Source: Octopus vulgaris (Eukaryota). From it: 64,000 bases of DNA. Under the pieces are notes generated by a model. It did no database searches and was not told the origin of the DNA. It saw nothing but the letters and a program-made list of their open reading frames with translations. The stretch lies in contig OX597829.1 in assembly GCA_951406725.2 (NCBI GenBank), forward strand, positions 47,430,001-47,494,000, given 5' to 3'. The position numbers and the translations under genes were made by a program. Of the stretch, positions 27,439 through 39,790 are shown in pieces (position 1 is the first letter of the stretch; each line of letters starts with the position of its first letter).

Positions 27439-27807
27439 ATAATAATAATAATAACAACAACATTACGAGTCGAGACAAATATCGTCAGCTGACCGGTGTC
27501 TGCTACTCTAGGCCGACGAAGGACAATCATCCTGAAACACGTGTCCCTAGATGCAGCACCGGGCGGCTGGGGGTATTTGTCTCCCCTTCGTAAATGTATA
27601 TAAGGACACAGGGAAAAATGTGTCAAAGCCATCAGGAGGCGTCGATACTTCCTAGGGCTAAACAGCGGTGGTGTGCCCCCATACTGTCACGTTCGTGTTA
27701 GATTGACAGTATACAACCATTCTTTCGCCCCACCACCGTACATGTCTCTACGAGAGATTTAGAAATTTAATATTTCTAATAATAATATTATTATTATTAT
27801 ATTAATA

Positions 27808-28400
27808 ATCCTTTTTACTAAAGGCACAAAGCTTCATATTTGGTGGAAGGGGTCTAGTCGGTTATATCGACCCCAGTGTTTCACTGGTACTTAATTTATC
27901 GACCACGAAAGGATGAAAGGTAAAGTCGACCTCGGCGGAATTCGAACTGAGAACATAAAGACGGACGAAATACCGCTAAGCATTTTTTCCGGAACGCTAA
28001 CGATTCAGCTACCTCGCTGTCTTATTATTAATGATAATAATAATAATAATAATAATAATAATAGTAATAATTTTTCTATTATAGGCACACAGCCTGAAAT
28101 TTGGCGGGGAGGGGACAAGTCGATTACATTGACCCGACCCCCAGTACACAACTGGTACTTATTTTATCGATCCCAAAGGATGAAAGGTAAAATCGACCTC
28201 AGTGGGATTTGAACTCAGAACGTAGCGACAGACGAAGCACCGTTAAGCATTTCGCCCAGTGTGCTATCGATTCTGCCAGCTTGCCGCCTTAATCATAAAA
28301 ATGGTTTCAAATTTTGCCACAAAGGCAGCCATTTTGGAAAGGGGGAAATGTCGATTACATCGCCCCCCCCTCCCCATCCTCAGTGTTTCACTGATCCAAC
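27808..28400 (-). mobile_element. Tandem run of 2.5 older SINE family B copies
   Basis: Copies at ~27808-28023, ~28072-28290 and a tail fragment ~28300-28400, separated by (TAA)n or short AT-rich linkers. Confidence 0.8.
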
Positions 28401-28828
28401 TCTTTGCGTTCTAGTACCTAATGCTCTGCTTCTTTACTTTATTTTAGCGACTCCTTAAACACGAAATGCATGGTTGACATTAGCAGGAATTGCATGCAAA
28501 ACGTGAAGTGCTATTAGTTACTGATACTGGTTTCTGATTTAGATGCAAAGGCTAGCAATTTTTAGGGGAGAGGCTAACAGGTACATTCGATCCCACTAGA
28601 TGATGGGATTGCTGAAATATAATTACTAATTTTTTCCTTTCTTTTTTTTTTTATTTTATATCTCAGAACATAAAGAATCGGGATAAATATCGCAAAACAT
28701 TTTCTTCCCCGATGCTCTAACGACTCAACAGAGTCGCAGCCTTGAGCTGCAACGAATAATCATCTCAAATTTTGGCGTTAGGCCAGCATCGTTACAGGGA
28801 GGAAGTTAGCTAATACATCGATAGGAAA

Positions 28829-29128
28829 TCTTTATATATAAAAGTGAGGTTGTGTGCTGTCTGTCCCCTACGATTTAGATTCCTAACTACTCCCACATTT
28901 TGCGGTGCAGTTTAACCAAAACCGGGTATCTTATAGTCGTGATTCATATCGAGCCCTTCTGGGTATTAGCGCGCGTCTCCGATGAGTCTACGATTTAAAA
29001 AAAAATTTACCATCATTTTTTTTCCATTTTTAATGCATTTTTTTGCTATTTTTTGGCTATAACTCTCTAAAAATGCTTATATAGTTATTTCCCTTACAAA
29101 CCCGAGCAACGCCGGGCGATACTGCTAG
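28829..29128 (+). mobile_element. Non-autonomous Helitron
   Basis: 5' TC after A; 3' hairpin CCCGAGCAACGCCGGG then CTAG before T; no TSD. Confidence 0.85.
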
Positions 29129-29379
29129 TATGTAATAAAAAAACATTAACGATTTGGCTAGATTGCACTTTTTCCAACCGGCTCACTCTGGTTATGCTGA
29201 CGTATCACCCATTAGCGGTATGAATAAATTAGGTTGGATAACGAATTTCGTAAATTAGTGAGTTATGAATTAATGATATATGAACAATTAAATTTATAAA
29301 TAATAGCAAATAAAATATTTGCGAATTGACAATTCTCCCAAAATGTGCGTGTGTGTATGCGCGCGTGTTTGTGTGTGTG

Positions 29380-29423
<44 letters not shown>

Positions 29424-29561
29424 TGTGTGAGAGAGAGAGAGAGAGAAAGCACGCGCGTAAAGAGGGAAAGCAAAACACACATAAGCTAAAAAGTATGATG
29501 ACCAGAAAATTGTTGGTTAATCCCTGGAGGGTACTGATCCACTAACAGTGACTGCTTCGTC

Positions 29562-29604
<43 letters not shown>

Positions 29605-29606
<2 letters not shown>

Positions 29607-29795
29607 CGGACGGAGATGTACTTGCATAGCAAGTGACCTGATCTGAGATCAGGTGTGCTGAAATAAAAACAATTACAGCGTGGAAGGTGTTTATAAGCCA
29701 TTTAAAAGCACACAGAAACTGTTAGATTCACTTCAACATTTAAATTTAATTTGCCAAAATATTTTCGTCGCTTTCAGACTGACAAAATTCTGTAC
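29605..29795 (-). mobile_element. (TA)n-embedded repeat, same family as 55375-55572 (HHR core deleted)
   Basis: Reverse complement of 55375-55572; lacks GAACAGGTCGCGGT; end motif also at 739-766. Confidence 0.75.
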
Positions 29796-29812
29796 TACAT
29801 CTATATATGTAA

Positions 29813-30211
29813 CTAGCAGTATCACCCGGCGTTGCTCGGCCTTTTAAGGGAAATAACTATATAAGCATTTTTAGAGAGTTATAGCCAAATAAAGCAAAAA
29901 TATGCATTAAAAATGGAAAAAAAATTATGGTAAATTTTTTCTTAATCGTTGACTCATCGTAGACATTTTTAGAGAGTTACTTCCCTTATATAATAGCGAA
30001 AAAATGCATTAAAATGGAAAAAAATGATGGTAAATTTTTTTTTAAATGGTAGACTCATCGTAGACGCGCGCTAATACCCAGAAGGGCTCGATATGAATCA
30101 CGACTATAAGATACCCGGTTTTGGTTAAACTGCACCACAAAATGTGGGAGTAGTTAGGAATCTAAATCGTAGGAGACAGACAGCACACAACTTCACTTTT
30201 ATATATAAAGA
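29813..30211 (-). mobile_element. Non-autonomous Helitron, same family as 28829-29128, with an internal ~100-bp duplication
   Basis: Near-identical reverse complement; CATTTTTAGAGAGTTA..TCATCGTAGAC occurs twice. Confidence 0.85.
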
Positions 30212-30645
30212 AGATTTCTGTTAGCCCTTCCTTCCAACACTTTTTAGGTTGATATTATCATTTGAGCGGTGACTTGACTGCTACTTTTAGCAGCTTGAGT
30301 GTTCACATAAAGGCTCTCTTTGTCTCACGAACTTGAAAAAAAGCTAACAACAACCTTGCAAGTAGAAAAGCCTTTGTGATGAGGGAGCATATATATATAT
30401 ATAATGCAAGCGTAGCTTGCTTGCATTTGCTGGCTGGCTTCGCTGGCTGGTTGGTTGGTTTGTCGGCTGGTTATAGCAGGCTGACTGACTGCTTAGCTGG
30501 TGCCGCATAGAATGCGACAGTGACAGAAAAGGTATTTCTTTTCTTTCAGGAAGGTTCGGAACAACATTCAGTGCGACAGAATTGGATCGATAAACACATA
30601 CGTACACACATACATACATACATATATATATATATACACACACAT

Positions 30646-30677
<32 letters not shown>

Positions 30678-31203
30678 GAATGAATAAAAAAATGGAGTTA
30701 ACGCAGGTGTAATCAAATATATATATATATATATATACACACACATACACATACAAGCTCACCTGTGTAGCAAATAAATAAATAAATGAAAACGGGATTA
30801 GGTAAGGAGAGAACCTGTTGTGTCGTTACAGATAAAATGTATGTGTGTGTGTGTGTATGTGTGTGGTGTGGTGGAGGGTTCGAATTATTCTGCCGGTTGT
30901 TTTTAACATCTGTTTTAGGTAAAGAAAAAGAAAGTCAAAGAAATAATAATAATAATATAAAAGAATATTTTTTGTTGTCTTTTTGTAAATAAAAAAGAAA
31001 AACAACAGAAAAAGGAAAGAAAAAAATAGAAAACCCCCATAAAAGGGAAAGCATTAAAGCATTATCTATTGACTTTGTTGTCAAGTGTGATATTTTCTAG
31101 GGGAAATGTGAGGATCCCGATATCGACTGGGAGGAAAAAAGCACAAAATAAGGACGAGCAAAAAGGGTTGGTTATGGAAAGGAAACATAAGAAATTTAAA
31201 CAT

Positions 31204-32118
31204 GTGTAGTAGTAGGTAGTAGTGATGGTGGTGGTGGTGGTGGTAGTAGTAGTGGTGGTGGTGGTGGTGGTGGTGGTGGTGGTAGTAGTAGGTAGTAGTG
31301 ATGGTGGTGGTGGTGGTAGTAGTAGGTGGTGGTGGTTGTGGTGGTGGTGGTGGTAGTAGTAGGTAGTAGTGATGGTGGTGGTGGTGGTAGTAGTAGGTGG
31401 TGGTGGTTGTGGTGGTGGTGGTGGTAGTAGTAGGTAGTGGTGGTGGTGGTAGTAGTAGGTGGTGGTGGTTGTGGTGGTGGTGGTGGTAGTAGTAGGTAGT
31501 AGTGGTGGTGGTGGTAGTAGTAGGTGGTGGTGGTGGTAGTAGTAGTAGGTAGTGGTGGTGGTGGTAGTAGTAGGTAGTAGTGATGGTGGTGGTGGTGGTA
31601 GTGGTGGTGGTGGTGGTAGTAGTAGTAGGTAGTGGTGATGGTGGTGGTGGTAGTAGTAGGTGGTGGTGGTGGTGGTAGTAGTAGGTGGTGGTGGTGGTAG
31701 TAGTAGGTAGGTGGGTGGTGGTGGTAGTAGTAGTAGGTAGTGGTGGTGGTGGTGGTAGTAGTAGTGTAGTGGTGGTGGTGGTGGTAGGTAGTAGTAGTAG
31801 TGGTGGTGGTGGTGGTAGTAGTAGGTAGTGGTGATGGTGGTGGTGGTAGTAGTACAAATAGTAGTGGTGGTGGCGGTAGTAGTACTAATAGTAGTAGCAG
31901 TAGTAGTAGCAGTGGTGGTAGTAGTACAAATAGTAGTGGTGGTGGCGGCGGTGGTAGAACTAATAGTGGTGGTGGTGGTGGTGGTAGTACTAATAGTAGT
32001 GGCAATAGTAGCAGTAGTAGCTTCTCGTTTGTTTACAATTGCATTTGATTAGTTGATGTTAGTAGTTATAGTAGTTTTTGGTTGATGTAGTAGTAGTAGT
32101 AATAGTAGTAGTAGTAGT
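31204..32118. repeat. Compound (GGT)n/(AGT)n trinucleotide-derived satellite, ~0.9 kb
   Basis: Direct reading; source of the poly-P/T/H/Y ORFs. Confidence 0.95.
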
Positions 32119-32216
32119 TGATGTGGTGGTTGTATGACATGCTTAATATTCTTTCAGGAAGGCTCAGAACAAAATTCAGTGCGACAGAACTAGATCGATA
32201 AACACACACACACACA

Positions 32217-32258
32217 TATATGTGTATATATATGTGTATATATATGTGTATATATATA

Positions 32259-32297
<39 letters not shown>

Positions 32298-32382
32298 ATA
32301 TATGTGTGTGTATATATATGTGTATATATATATATATGTGTGTGTATATATATGTGTATATATATATATATATGTGTGTATA

Positions 32383-32413
<31 letters not shown>

Positions 32414-32518
32414 GTGTGTATATATGTGTGTATATATGTGTGTATATATATGTGTATATATATGTGTATATATATGTGTATATATATGTGTATATATATG
32501 TATATATATATGTATATG

Positions 32519-32607
<89 letters not shown>

Positions 32608-32638
32608 ATATATATATATGTATGTATATATATATATG

Positions 32639-32705
<67 letters not shown>

Positions 32706-33044
32706 ATATATATATGTGTATATATATATGTGTATATATATATATGTATGTATATATATATGTGTATATATATATGTGCATATATATATATGTATGTATA
32801 TATATATATGTATATATATGTATGTATGTGTATATATATATATGTGTATATATATATGTATGTATATATATATATGTGTATATATATATGTGTATATATA
32901 TATGTGTATATATATATGTGTATATATATATATGTGTATATATATATGTGTATATATATATATGTGTATATATATATATGTGTATATATATATATGTGTA
33001 TATATATATGTGTATATATATATGTGTATATATATATATATGTG

Positions 33045-33079
<35 letters not shown>

Positions 33080-33164
33080 GTGTATATATATATATATGTG
33101 TATATATATATATATGTGTATATATATATATATGTGTATATATATATATATGTGTATATATATA

Positions 33165-33202
<38 letters not shown>
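32217..33202. repeat. ~1-kb (TA)n tract punctuated by TG
   Basis: Direct reading. Confidence 0.95.
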
Positions 33203-33211
<9 letters not shown>

Positions 33212-33449
33212 ATACAAGCTCACCTTTGAACATCCTATCTTCTATGTTTATCTACGACTCTGTTGTCCTCGGTGTCCTTCCTTTGTTAATGTGGCCGAGC
33301 AATAATAGTTCTCTGGACTTCGTGGGGCACTGGCGATCAAACAGAAATAATTTAGTGGCAGCACTTTTACACGGAAATCTAAATAATATAAGCTTTCCCA
33401 TTTTCTTTCTCTTCATTTTTTTTTTCTTTTTAAACTTTAAAACCGTTTT

Positions 33450-33570
33450 TAAAGGTACACGTGTCTGTTGTGGTGTGCTCAGCCACATTGTACGTTAAAT
33501 TTCACGAGCCGGCTTGTTCCGTTGATCGGGTCAACTGGGAACCCTCGTCGTCGTAACCGACGGAGTGCCG
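33450..33570 (+). mobile_element. SINE family C 3' fragment
   Basis: GGTACACGTGTCTG..AACCGACGGAGTGCC matches 51112-51240. Confidence 0.8.
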
Positions 33571-33779
33571 CGACGATTCATAATCCGTCGTTCAGCTTGC
33601 CACCGTCATCTGGTTTTGGTTGTCTCTGGTCTAAGTTCTGGTTTGAAGATAAATCTCCTTCTCTACGATCATTCTAGAAGGGTCACAGAAGTAAAAAAGC
33701 TTCATTGACGCTTCTTTGGTTTTTTTTTTTTTACTGTATGAGGACGACAAAAAAAAAAATCCAATTCTCGCTAATGTTA

Positions 33780-34187
33780 GCAGGAGTGGCTGTGTGGTAA
33801 GTAGCTTGCTAACCAACCACATGGTTCCGGGTTCAGTTCCTCTGCGTGGCATCTTGGGCAAGTGTTTTCTGCCATAGCCCCGGGCCGACCAATGCCTTGT
33901 AAGTGGATTTGGTAGACGGAAACTGAAAGAAGCCTGTCGTATATATGTATATATATATATATGTGTGTGTGTTTGTGTGTCTGTGTTTGTCCCCCTAGCA
34001 TTGCTTGACAACCGATGCTGGTGTGTTTACGTCCCCGTCACTTAGCGGTTCGGCCAAAGAGAACGATAGAATAAGTACTGGGCTTACAAAGAATAAGTCC
34101 TGTGGGTCGATTTGCTCGACTAAAGGCGGTGCTCCAGCATGGCCGCAGTCAAATGACTGAAACAAGTAAAAGAGTAAAGAGTAAGAG
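33780..34187 (+). mobile_element. SINE family A
   Basis: Consensus match. Confidence 0.92.
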
Positions 34188-34513
34188 TTAGACGCTTTAA
34201 TAAACACCATTTCCTCATTGGGAATCTTTTGAATTCGTCACGGTATTCAAGTTCCCATAAGAGATGGTATTTTTTAAAACTTTTCTTTGCCATTATGTTT
34301 TATTTGTGGATAGGTTTATTTATACTTATATATATGTGGATGGGTTTATTTATACTTAAACAACAAACCCAAGACGGTTTGTTGTTTAGTATAATCAGTT
34401 CTGAACAGACCACTGAACAAGAACGTTCCAGCTATGAACAACCCGAAAATTTTCTATCATACTACTAACATATGTATACGTGTGTGTGTGAAAATAAATC
34501 TCCACTCTCCGCT

Positions 34514-34867
34514 TGTACATTATTTACAATGGAAGGATAGGTGTCCCCATCTTGATTATTATCACAACGTTTCGGCTGATGTACTTGCCAGCCTTCGTCC
34601 GGTTTCCGGGGGGATGGATCTCGAACCCAACCCTTTATTTGACTAATGGGGTACTCTGGTCTCATTCCTAAGGTATTTTTTGCTGATGTTATATTATTTA
34701 TTCAAGTCACTAACTGGGACTGAACCCGGAATCTTGGAATTAGTAGCCTGCGCTCTTAACCACTGTGCTATATGCACTGATGAAAGCTAAAAAGTACATC
34801 AGCCGAAACGTTGTGGTAACAACAAACAAGGTGCGGACACCTATCGGTCCATTGTGAATAATGTACA
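34514..34867 (-). mobile_element. tRNA-headed element flanked by inverted hammerhead-containing arms
   Basis: Arms 34514-34602 and 34777-34867 are inverted copies with C(U/G)GAYGA-A-GGCUG..CAGCC-GAAAC-GUU; tRNA-like head at 34775-34705 with A-box TAGCACAGTGG and B-box GGTTCAGTCCC. Confidence 0.6.
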
Positions 34868-35098
34868 TAATTCCTCTTGCGTTTCAATTATATATACGTA
34901 TTCGAAATGCGGAGTAGATAAAACAGGGGACAACTGATGAAGGGATTGTTCTTTATGTTGCCTGTCTCGTTTCTCTATTTGTTTCTTTCATTGTCCGCAA
35001 AAAAAGTTCGTTTTCCGTGTTTTTGCATTTCAGGTTTTCGTTTTTCATGTTTACGATTTTTGACGTCCTGTACCCATATTTGCATGTGTGTGTGTGTT

Positions 35099-35139
<41 letters not shown>

Positions 35140-35142
<3 letters not shown>

Positions 35143-35327
35143 TTTCTTTATTGCCCACAAGGGTCTAAACATAGAGGGGACAAACAAAGACAGATAAACG
35201 GATTAAGTCGATTACATCGACCCCAGTACGTAGCTGGTACTTAATTTATCGACCCCGAAAGGATGAAAGGCAAAGTCGACCTCGGGCGGAATTTTGAACA
35301 CAGAACGTACCGGCAGACGAAATACCG

Positions 35328-35330
<3 letters not shown>
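35140..35330 (-). mobile_element. SINE family B, 5'-truncated, within (TA)n
   Basis: Consensus match. Confidence 0.88.
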
Positions 35331-35369
<39 letters not shown>

Positions 35370-35846
35370 GCTAACCGATTTGCTCATTCTTTCTTCATAT
35401 AAGGTGATAGGAAGAGATTTGAGTGGCATTTGGCAGCTATCTGTAGTACTTCGATGAAATAAATTGATGTGGATAAGAATAAGTACATGCGTGTGCGAAA
35501 AAATTAATACGTTTTTTGTAGATCGAAAACAGTGGCCTTCAAAATCGATTTTGATATCAATCAAAGCTAAACTCTTGCTACTAGTATTACTCAATTTTCA
35601 GTGAAATATTGGCTTGATGCAAAACTTAAAACTGGTGCACGCACCCACGCAACAGTATATATACCACACACACATACACAATATGTTCACAAATTTCCAT
35701 CACATGAATAGATGCTACAAGACGCATCATACACACGCACTCAACAAAGTGTAGTCACACATATTATTTGAGTATAGTATATACACACTTATACACACAT
35801 ATATTTGTGTGTAATGTGTATAAGCTGACACGCGTACAAACATCTA

Positions 35847-36202
35847 TACTCTTTTACTTGTTTCAGTAATTTGACTGTGGCCATGCTGGAGCACTGCCTT
35901 TAGTCGACCCAGTACTTATTCTATCGGTCTCCTTTTGACACCGCTAAGTTAGGGAGACGTAAACACACTAGCATCGCATGTCAAACGATGTTGGGGAGGG
36001 ACAAGCACAGACACACACACATATATATATATACATATATACGACGTGCTTCTTTCAGTTTCCGTTTACCAAATCCCCTCACAATGCTTTGGTTGGCCCG
36101 AGGCTATAGTAGAAGACTCTTGCCCAAAGTGTCACACAGTGGGACTGAACCCGGAACCATGTGGTTGGTAAGCAAGCTACTTACCACACAGCCACTCCTG
36201 CA

Positions 36203-36238
<36 letters not shown>

Positions 36239-36352
36239 CCTGCTCGCTTAGCCAGCGGGGTGGCGTCATTTGAAGGCTAAAACAATGCGAAGCGCATTGT
36301 GATCAGCGATGTGTAACAACATCTGATGGCCTGGTCGGTCACGGTGATCACG

Positions 36353-36391
<39 letters not shown>

Positions 36392-36555
36392 GACGAGTTT
36401 CTTTCAGTTTCCGTCTACCAAACCCACTCGCAAGGCTTTGGTCGGCCCGAAGCTATAGTAGAAGGCACTTGCCCAAGGTGCCACGCAGTGCGACTGAACC
36501 TGGAACCATGTGGTTGGTAAGCAAGCTACTTACTACACAGCCACTCCTACGCCTA
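35847..36555 (-). mobile_element. Nested SINE A / SINE D-tail / SINE A cluster
   Basis: A copy 35847-36205 (-); D 3' tail 36237-36355 (+) in (TA)n; A 5' half 36390-36555 (-). Confidence 0.8.
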
Positions 36556-37024
36556 TGTACATGTTTCCTTTATGATTTTCCTTATATATGGGAAAATTTT
36601 TAAACTGCGTGTTGATGTGCATAGTCTGTTGTTACGTAACGTTATTAGACTTCATTATGTATGTTAATAGTAAAAAAAAAATCAGAGCAACGCTATGCGT
36701 ATAATTATACCGTCAACTAATCCTGCTGAGGAAGAAACCCGTTGTTTGCTTATAGAAATCTGAACCAAAGAACAGCAATTATATCTGAATAGGGTGAATA
36801 AAGTGTCGTACAAGTTAGTGCTGTGGTACCGTTCTCTCGCATTGAGCTTCGGAAGAATTGGAGGAGGTTGTTGGTTGTAAAAAAAGGCTTTTAATTTATA
36901 ATTTAGCGATTTATGTTATCGATTATGTGAGCGTGTATATTTGTGTGTGACAAAAAGAAAAAAAAAAACGCGTGTGCATTATTGACTGTTAATAATGTAT
37001 AAATGTGTTTTAACTGTGTTATAT

Positions 37025-37350
37025 TTTACTTGTTCTTGACATCAGACTCCGGCCATGCTGGGGCACCACTTTGGAAGGGTTTTAATTAAGCAAATTGACA
37101 TTAGTGCTTACTTTTTAAAACTTGATACTTATTTTATCGGATTCATTTGCCGAACCGCTATGTTTACAGGGACGTAAACATAGGCGCAGGAGGGGCTGTG
37201 TGGTAAGTAAGCTAACCAACCACATAGTTCCGGGTTCAGTCCCACTGCGTGGCACCTTGGGCAAGTGTCTTCTACTATAGCCTCGGGCCGACCAAAGCCT
37301 TGTGAGTGGATTTGGTAGACGGAAACTGAAAGAAGCCTGTCGTATATATG

Positions 37351-37391
<41 letters not shown>

Positions 37392-37630
37392 TTGTCTGTG
37401 TTTGTCTCTCTAGCATTGCTTGACAACCGATGCTGGTGTGTTTACGTCCCTGTCACTTAGCGGTTCGGCAAAAAGAGACCGATAGAATAAGTACTGGGCT
37501 TACAAAGAATTAGTCCCGGGGTCGATTTGCTCGACTAAAGGCGGTGCTCCAGCATGGCCGCAGTCAAATGACTGAAACAAGTAAAAGAGAAAAGAGTAAA
37601 AGAGTATACCAACACTAGTCGTCAAGCGGT
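37025..37630. mobile_element. Young SINE A (+, 37183-37606) inserted into an old SINE A (-)
   Basis: Old copy breaks at GACGTAAACA|..|TACCAACACTAGTCGTCAAGCG. Confidence 0.85.
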
Positions 37631-37959
37631 GGGATTAGGGTGGAGTGCTCGAACTCATTTCTTTCTCTCTCACTCTCTTTTTCTATCGTTCTCTCTCTCT
37701 CTCTCTCCTTCATATAGAAGGAAAAACATAAAGGAATCAGATTTACATAGCTGTCTGTATGCATGTCTGCCTGTACACATTACAAATATATAAAGTGATT
37801 GCGTAAGATGTGTGTGTGTGTGTGTGTAATGTGTGTGTGACTATATTGAGAGATAGATTGACAGACAGACAGACAGAAAGACGGATGGATATAGATAGAT
37901 AGATGGATGGATGGAGGAATATTAGATAGATATGGGTAAAGATAGAGACCTAGCTAGAT

Positions 37960-38545
37960 ATATACATAAATACACACATACGTACACATATAAATACACA
38001 CACACATGCATGCACATGCATACACACTTGCACACATACACACAGTCACACATGCATACACACACACACACATACATACACACACACACATACATACATA
38101 CACACATATACACACATACACATACACACACACATGCATACACACACATACATGCATACACACACATGCATACACACACACGCATGCATACACACGCATG
38201 CATACACACGCATGCATACACGCATGCATACACACACATGCATACACACACATGCACACACACATATGCACACACGCATGCACACACGCATGCACACACA
38301 CGCATGCATACACACACATACATGCACACACATGCATGCACGTGCATGCACACACATACATGCATACACACGCATGCATACACACGCATGCATACATACA
38401 CACACATACATACACACATGCATACACACACATGCATACCCACACATGCATACACACACACACACACACATACATACACACACATGCATACACACACACA
38501 CATACACACACATGCATACACACACATACATGCACACGCGCGCAC
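37960..38545. repeat. (CA)n/CATGCA compound microsatellite
   Basis: Direct reading. Confidence 0.95.
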
Positions 38546-38848
38546 GTGGGCAGAGAAACTAGAAATCTCGCAAAATGAATTCCGTTTAAGATTAGGACGT
38601 AGATACTTTACTCTGTGGACTTTTATTTATTTGTTTGCTTCTTTTGCTGCTAGGAAACTTATAACGAAAACTTCTCCGTCAGTCTTGTTTTGTATATCCA
38701 TGACTACGATATTTAAATTAATTCTCTCTCTTTTTTTTTTTTTATCTTTTTAACGATAAGAAATCTTGAGAGATATTTGGTTGGTATTTCTAGCAGGTTC
38801 ATATATTAGTTATAGGTTTTATTCAGAACATGTTACATCTGAATGTAA

Positions 38849-39245
38849 GGCGCAGGAGTGGCTGTGTGGTAAGTAGCTTGCTTACGAACCACATGGTTCC
38901 GGGTTCAGCCCCACTGCGTGGCATCTTGGGCAAGTGTCTTCTACTATAGCCTCGGGCGGACCAAAGCCTTGTGAGTGGATTTGGTAGACGGAAACTGAAA
39001 GAAGCCCGTCGTATATATGTGTATATATGTATATATATATGTGTGTGTGTGTGTGTTTGTCTCCCTAGCATTGCTTGACAACCGATGCTGGTGTGCTTAC
39101 GTCCCCGTCACTTAGCAGTTCGGCAAAAAAGAGACCGATAGAATAAGTACTAGGCTTACAAAGAATAAGTCCTGGGGTCGATTTGCTCGACTAAAGGCGG
39201 TGCTCCAGCATGGCCGCAGTCAAATGATTGAAACAAGTAAAAAAA
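38849..39245 (+). mobile_element. SINE family A
   Basis: Consensus match. Confidence 0.92.
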
Positions 39246-39529
39246 AAAAAAAAAAGAACCCCTCTAACGCATTTCTAACGGTCTTAGCTAATACCGGAAA
39301 TATGTTGCCATGTGGTACAGACTATGGCACCTATAGCACCGTATTTTAATACGTAACGTAAACTTTGTTTTTCTCGATCGATTTGGCAGAGACGTTTTGT
39401 CTTAGAAGATATCTTTAAAAACAGCATAATTACATTCGCTGTCATTAATATAAATTACCCACTTTTTGAAGCCATGGCAATGTAAAACTCTTTCTCTTGA
39501 TATAAATAGATTAGTTAATTATCTTTAAT

Positions 39530-39790
39530 CTTTTATCATCTACTTCAGTTATTGGACCGCGGCCATGTTGGGGCACTAACTTGAAGGGTTTTTAGTCGAA
39601 CGAATCGACTCCCAGGGCTTTTTTTTTTTTTTTTTGTAAAAACCTGGTACTTATTCTATCGGTCTCTTTTTGCCGGACCCGCTATGTTATGCGGACGTGA
39701 ACACACCAACAACTGTTGTCAAGTGGGTGGGGACAAACATGGACAGGCTTCTTCCAGTTTTCGTCAACGAAATCCACTCGCAAGGCTTTG
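39530..39790 (-). mobile_element. Old SINE family A fragment
   Basis: Diverged tail and body. Confidence 0.7.

Noticed and set aside
31081-32052. Pro/Thr/His/Tyr-rich ORFs resembling extensins or mucins
   Set aside because: Produced by the GGT/AGT satellite; the frames shift freely and there is no signal peptide or unique domain.
32158-32200. [11 protein letters not shown] resembles a homeodomain N-terminal arm
   Set aside because: A stop follows after two codons, helices 2-3 are absent, and the paralog reads RFGTTFS.
32066-33498. Long ORFs of 335-402 aa (YIYI/VCVY-rich)
   Set aside because: Translations of a TA/TG microsatellite that lacks stop codons in all frames.
34933-34960. CTGATGA hammerhead half-core (and TTGAAAA..GAAACGTT at ~27243-27274)
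   Set aside because: No downstream GAAA or stem II in the first, and no stem II pairing in the second.
37922-38753. His/Thr- or Cys/Val-rich ORFs
   Set aside because: CA/CATG microsatellite.
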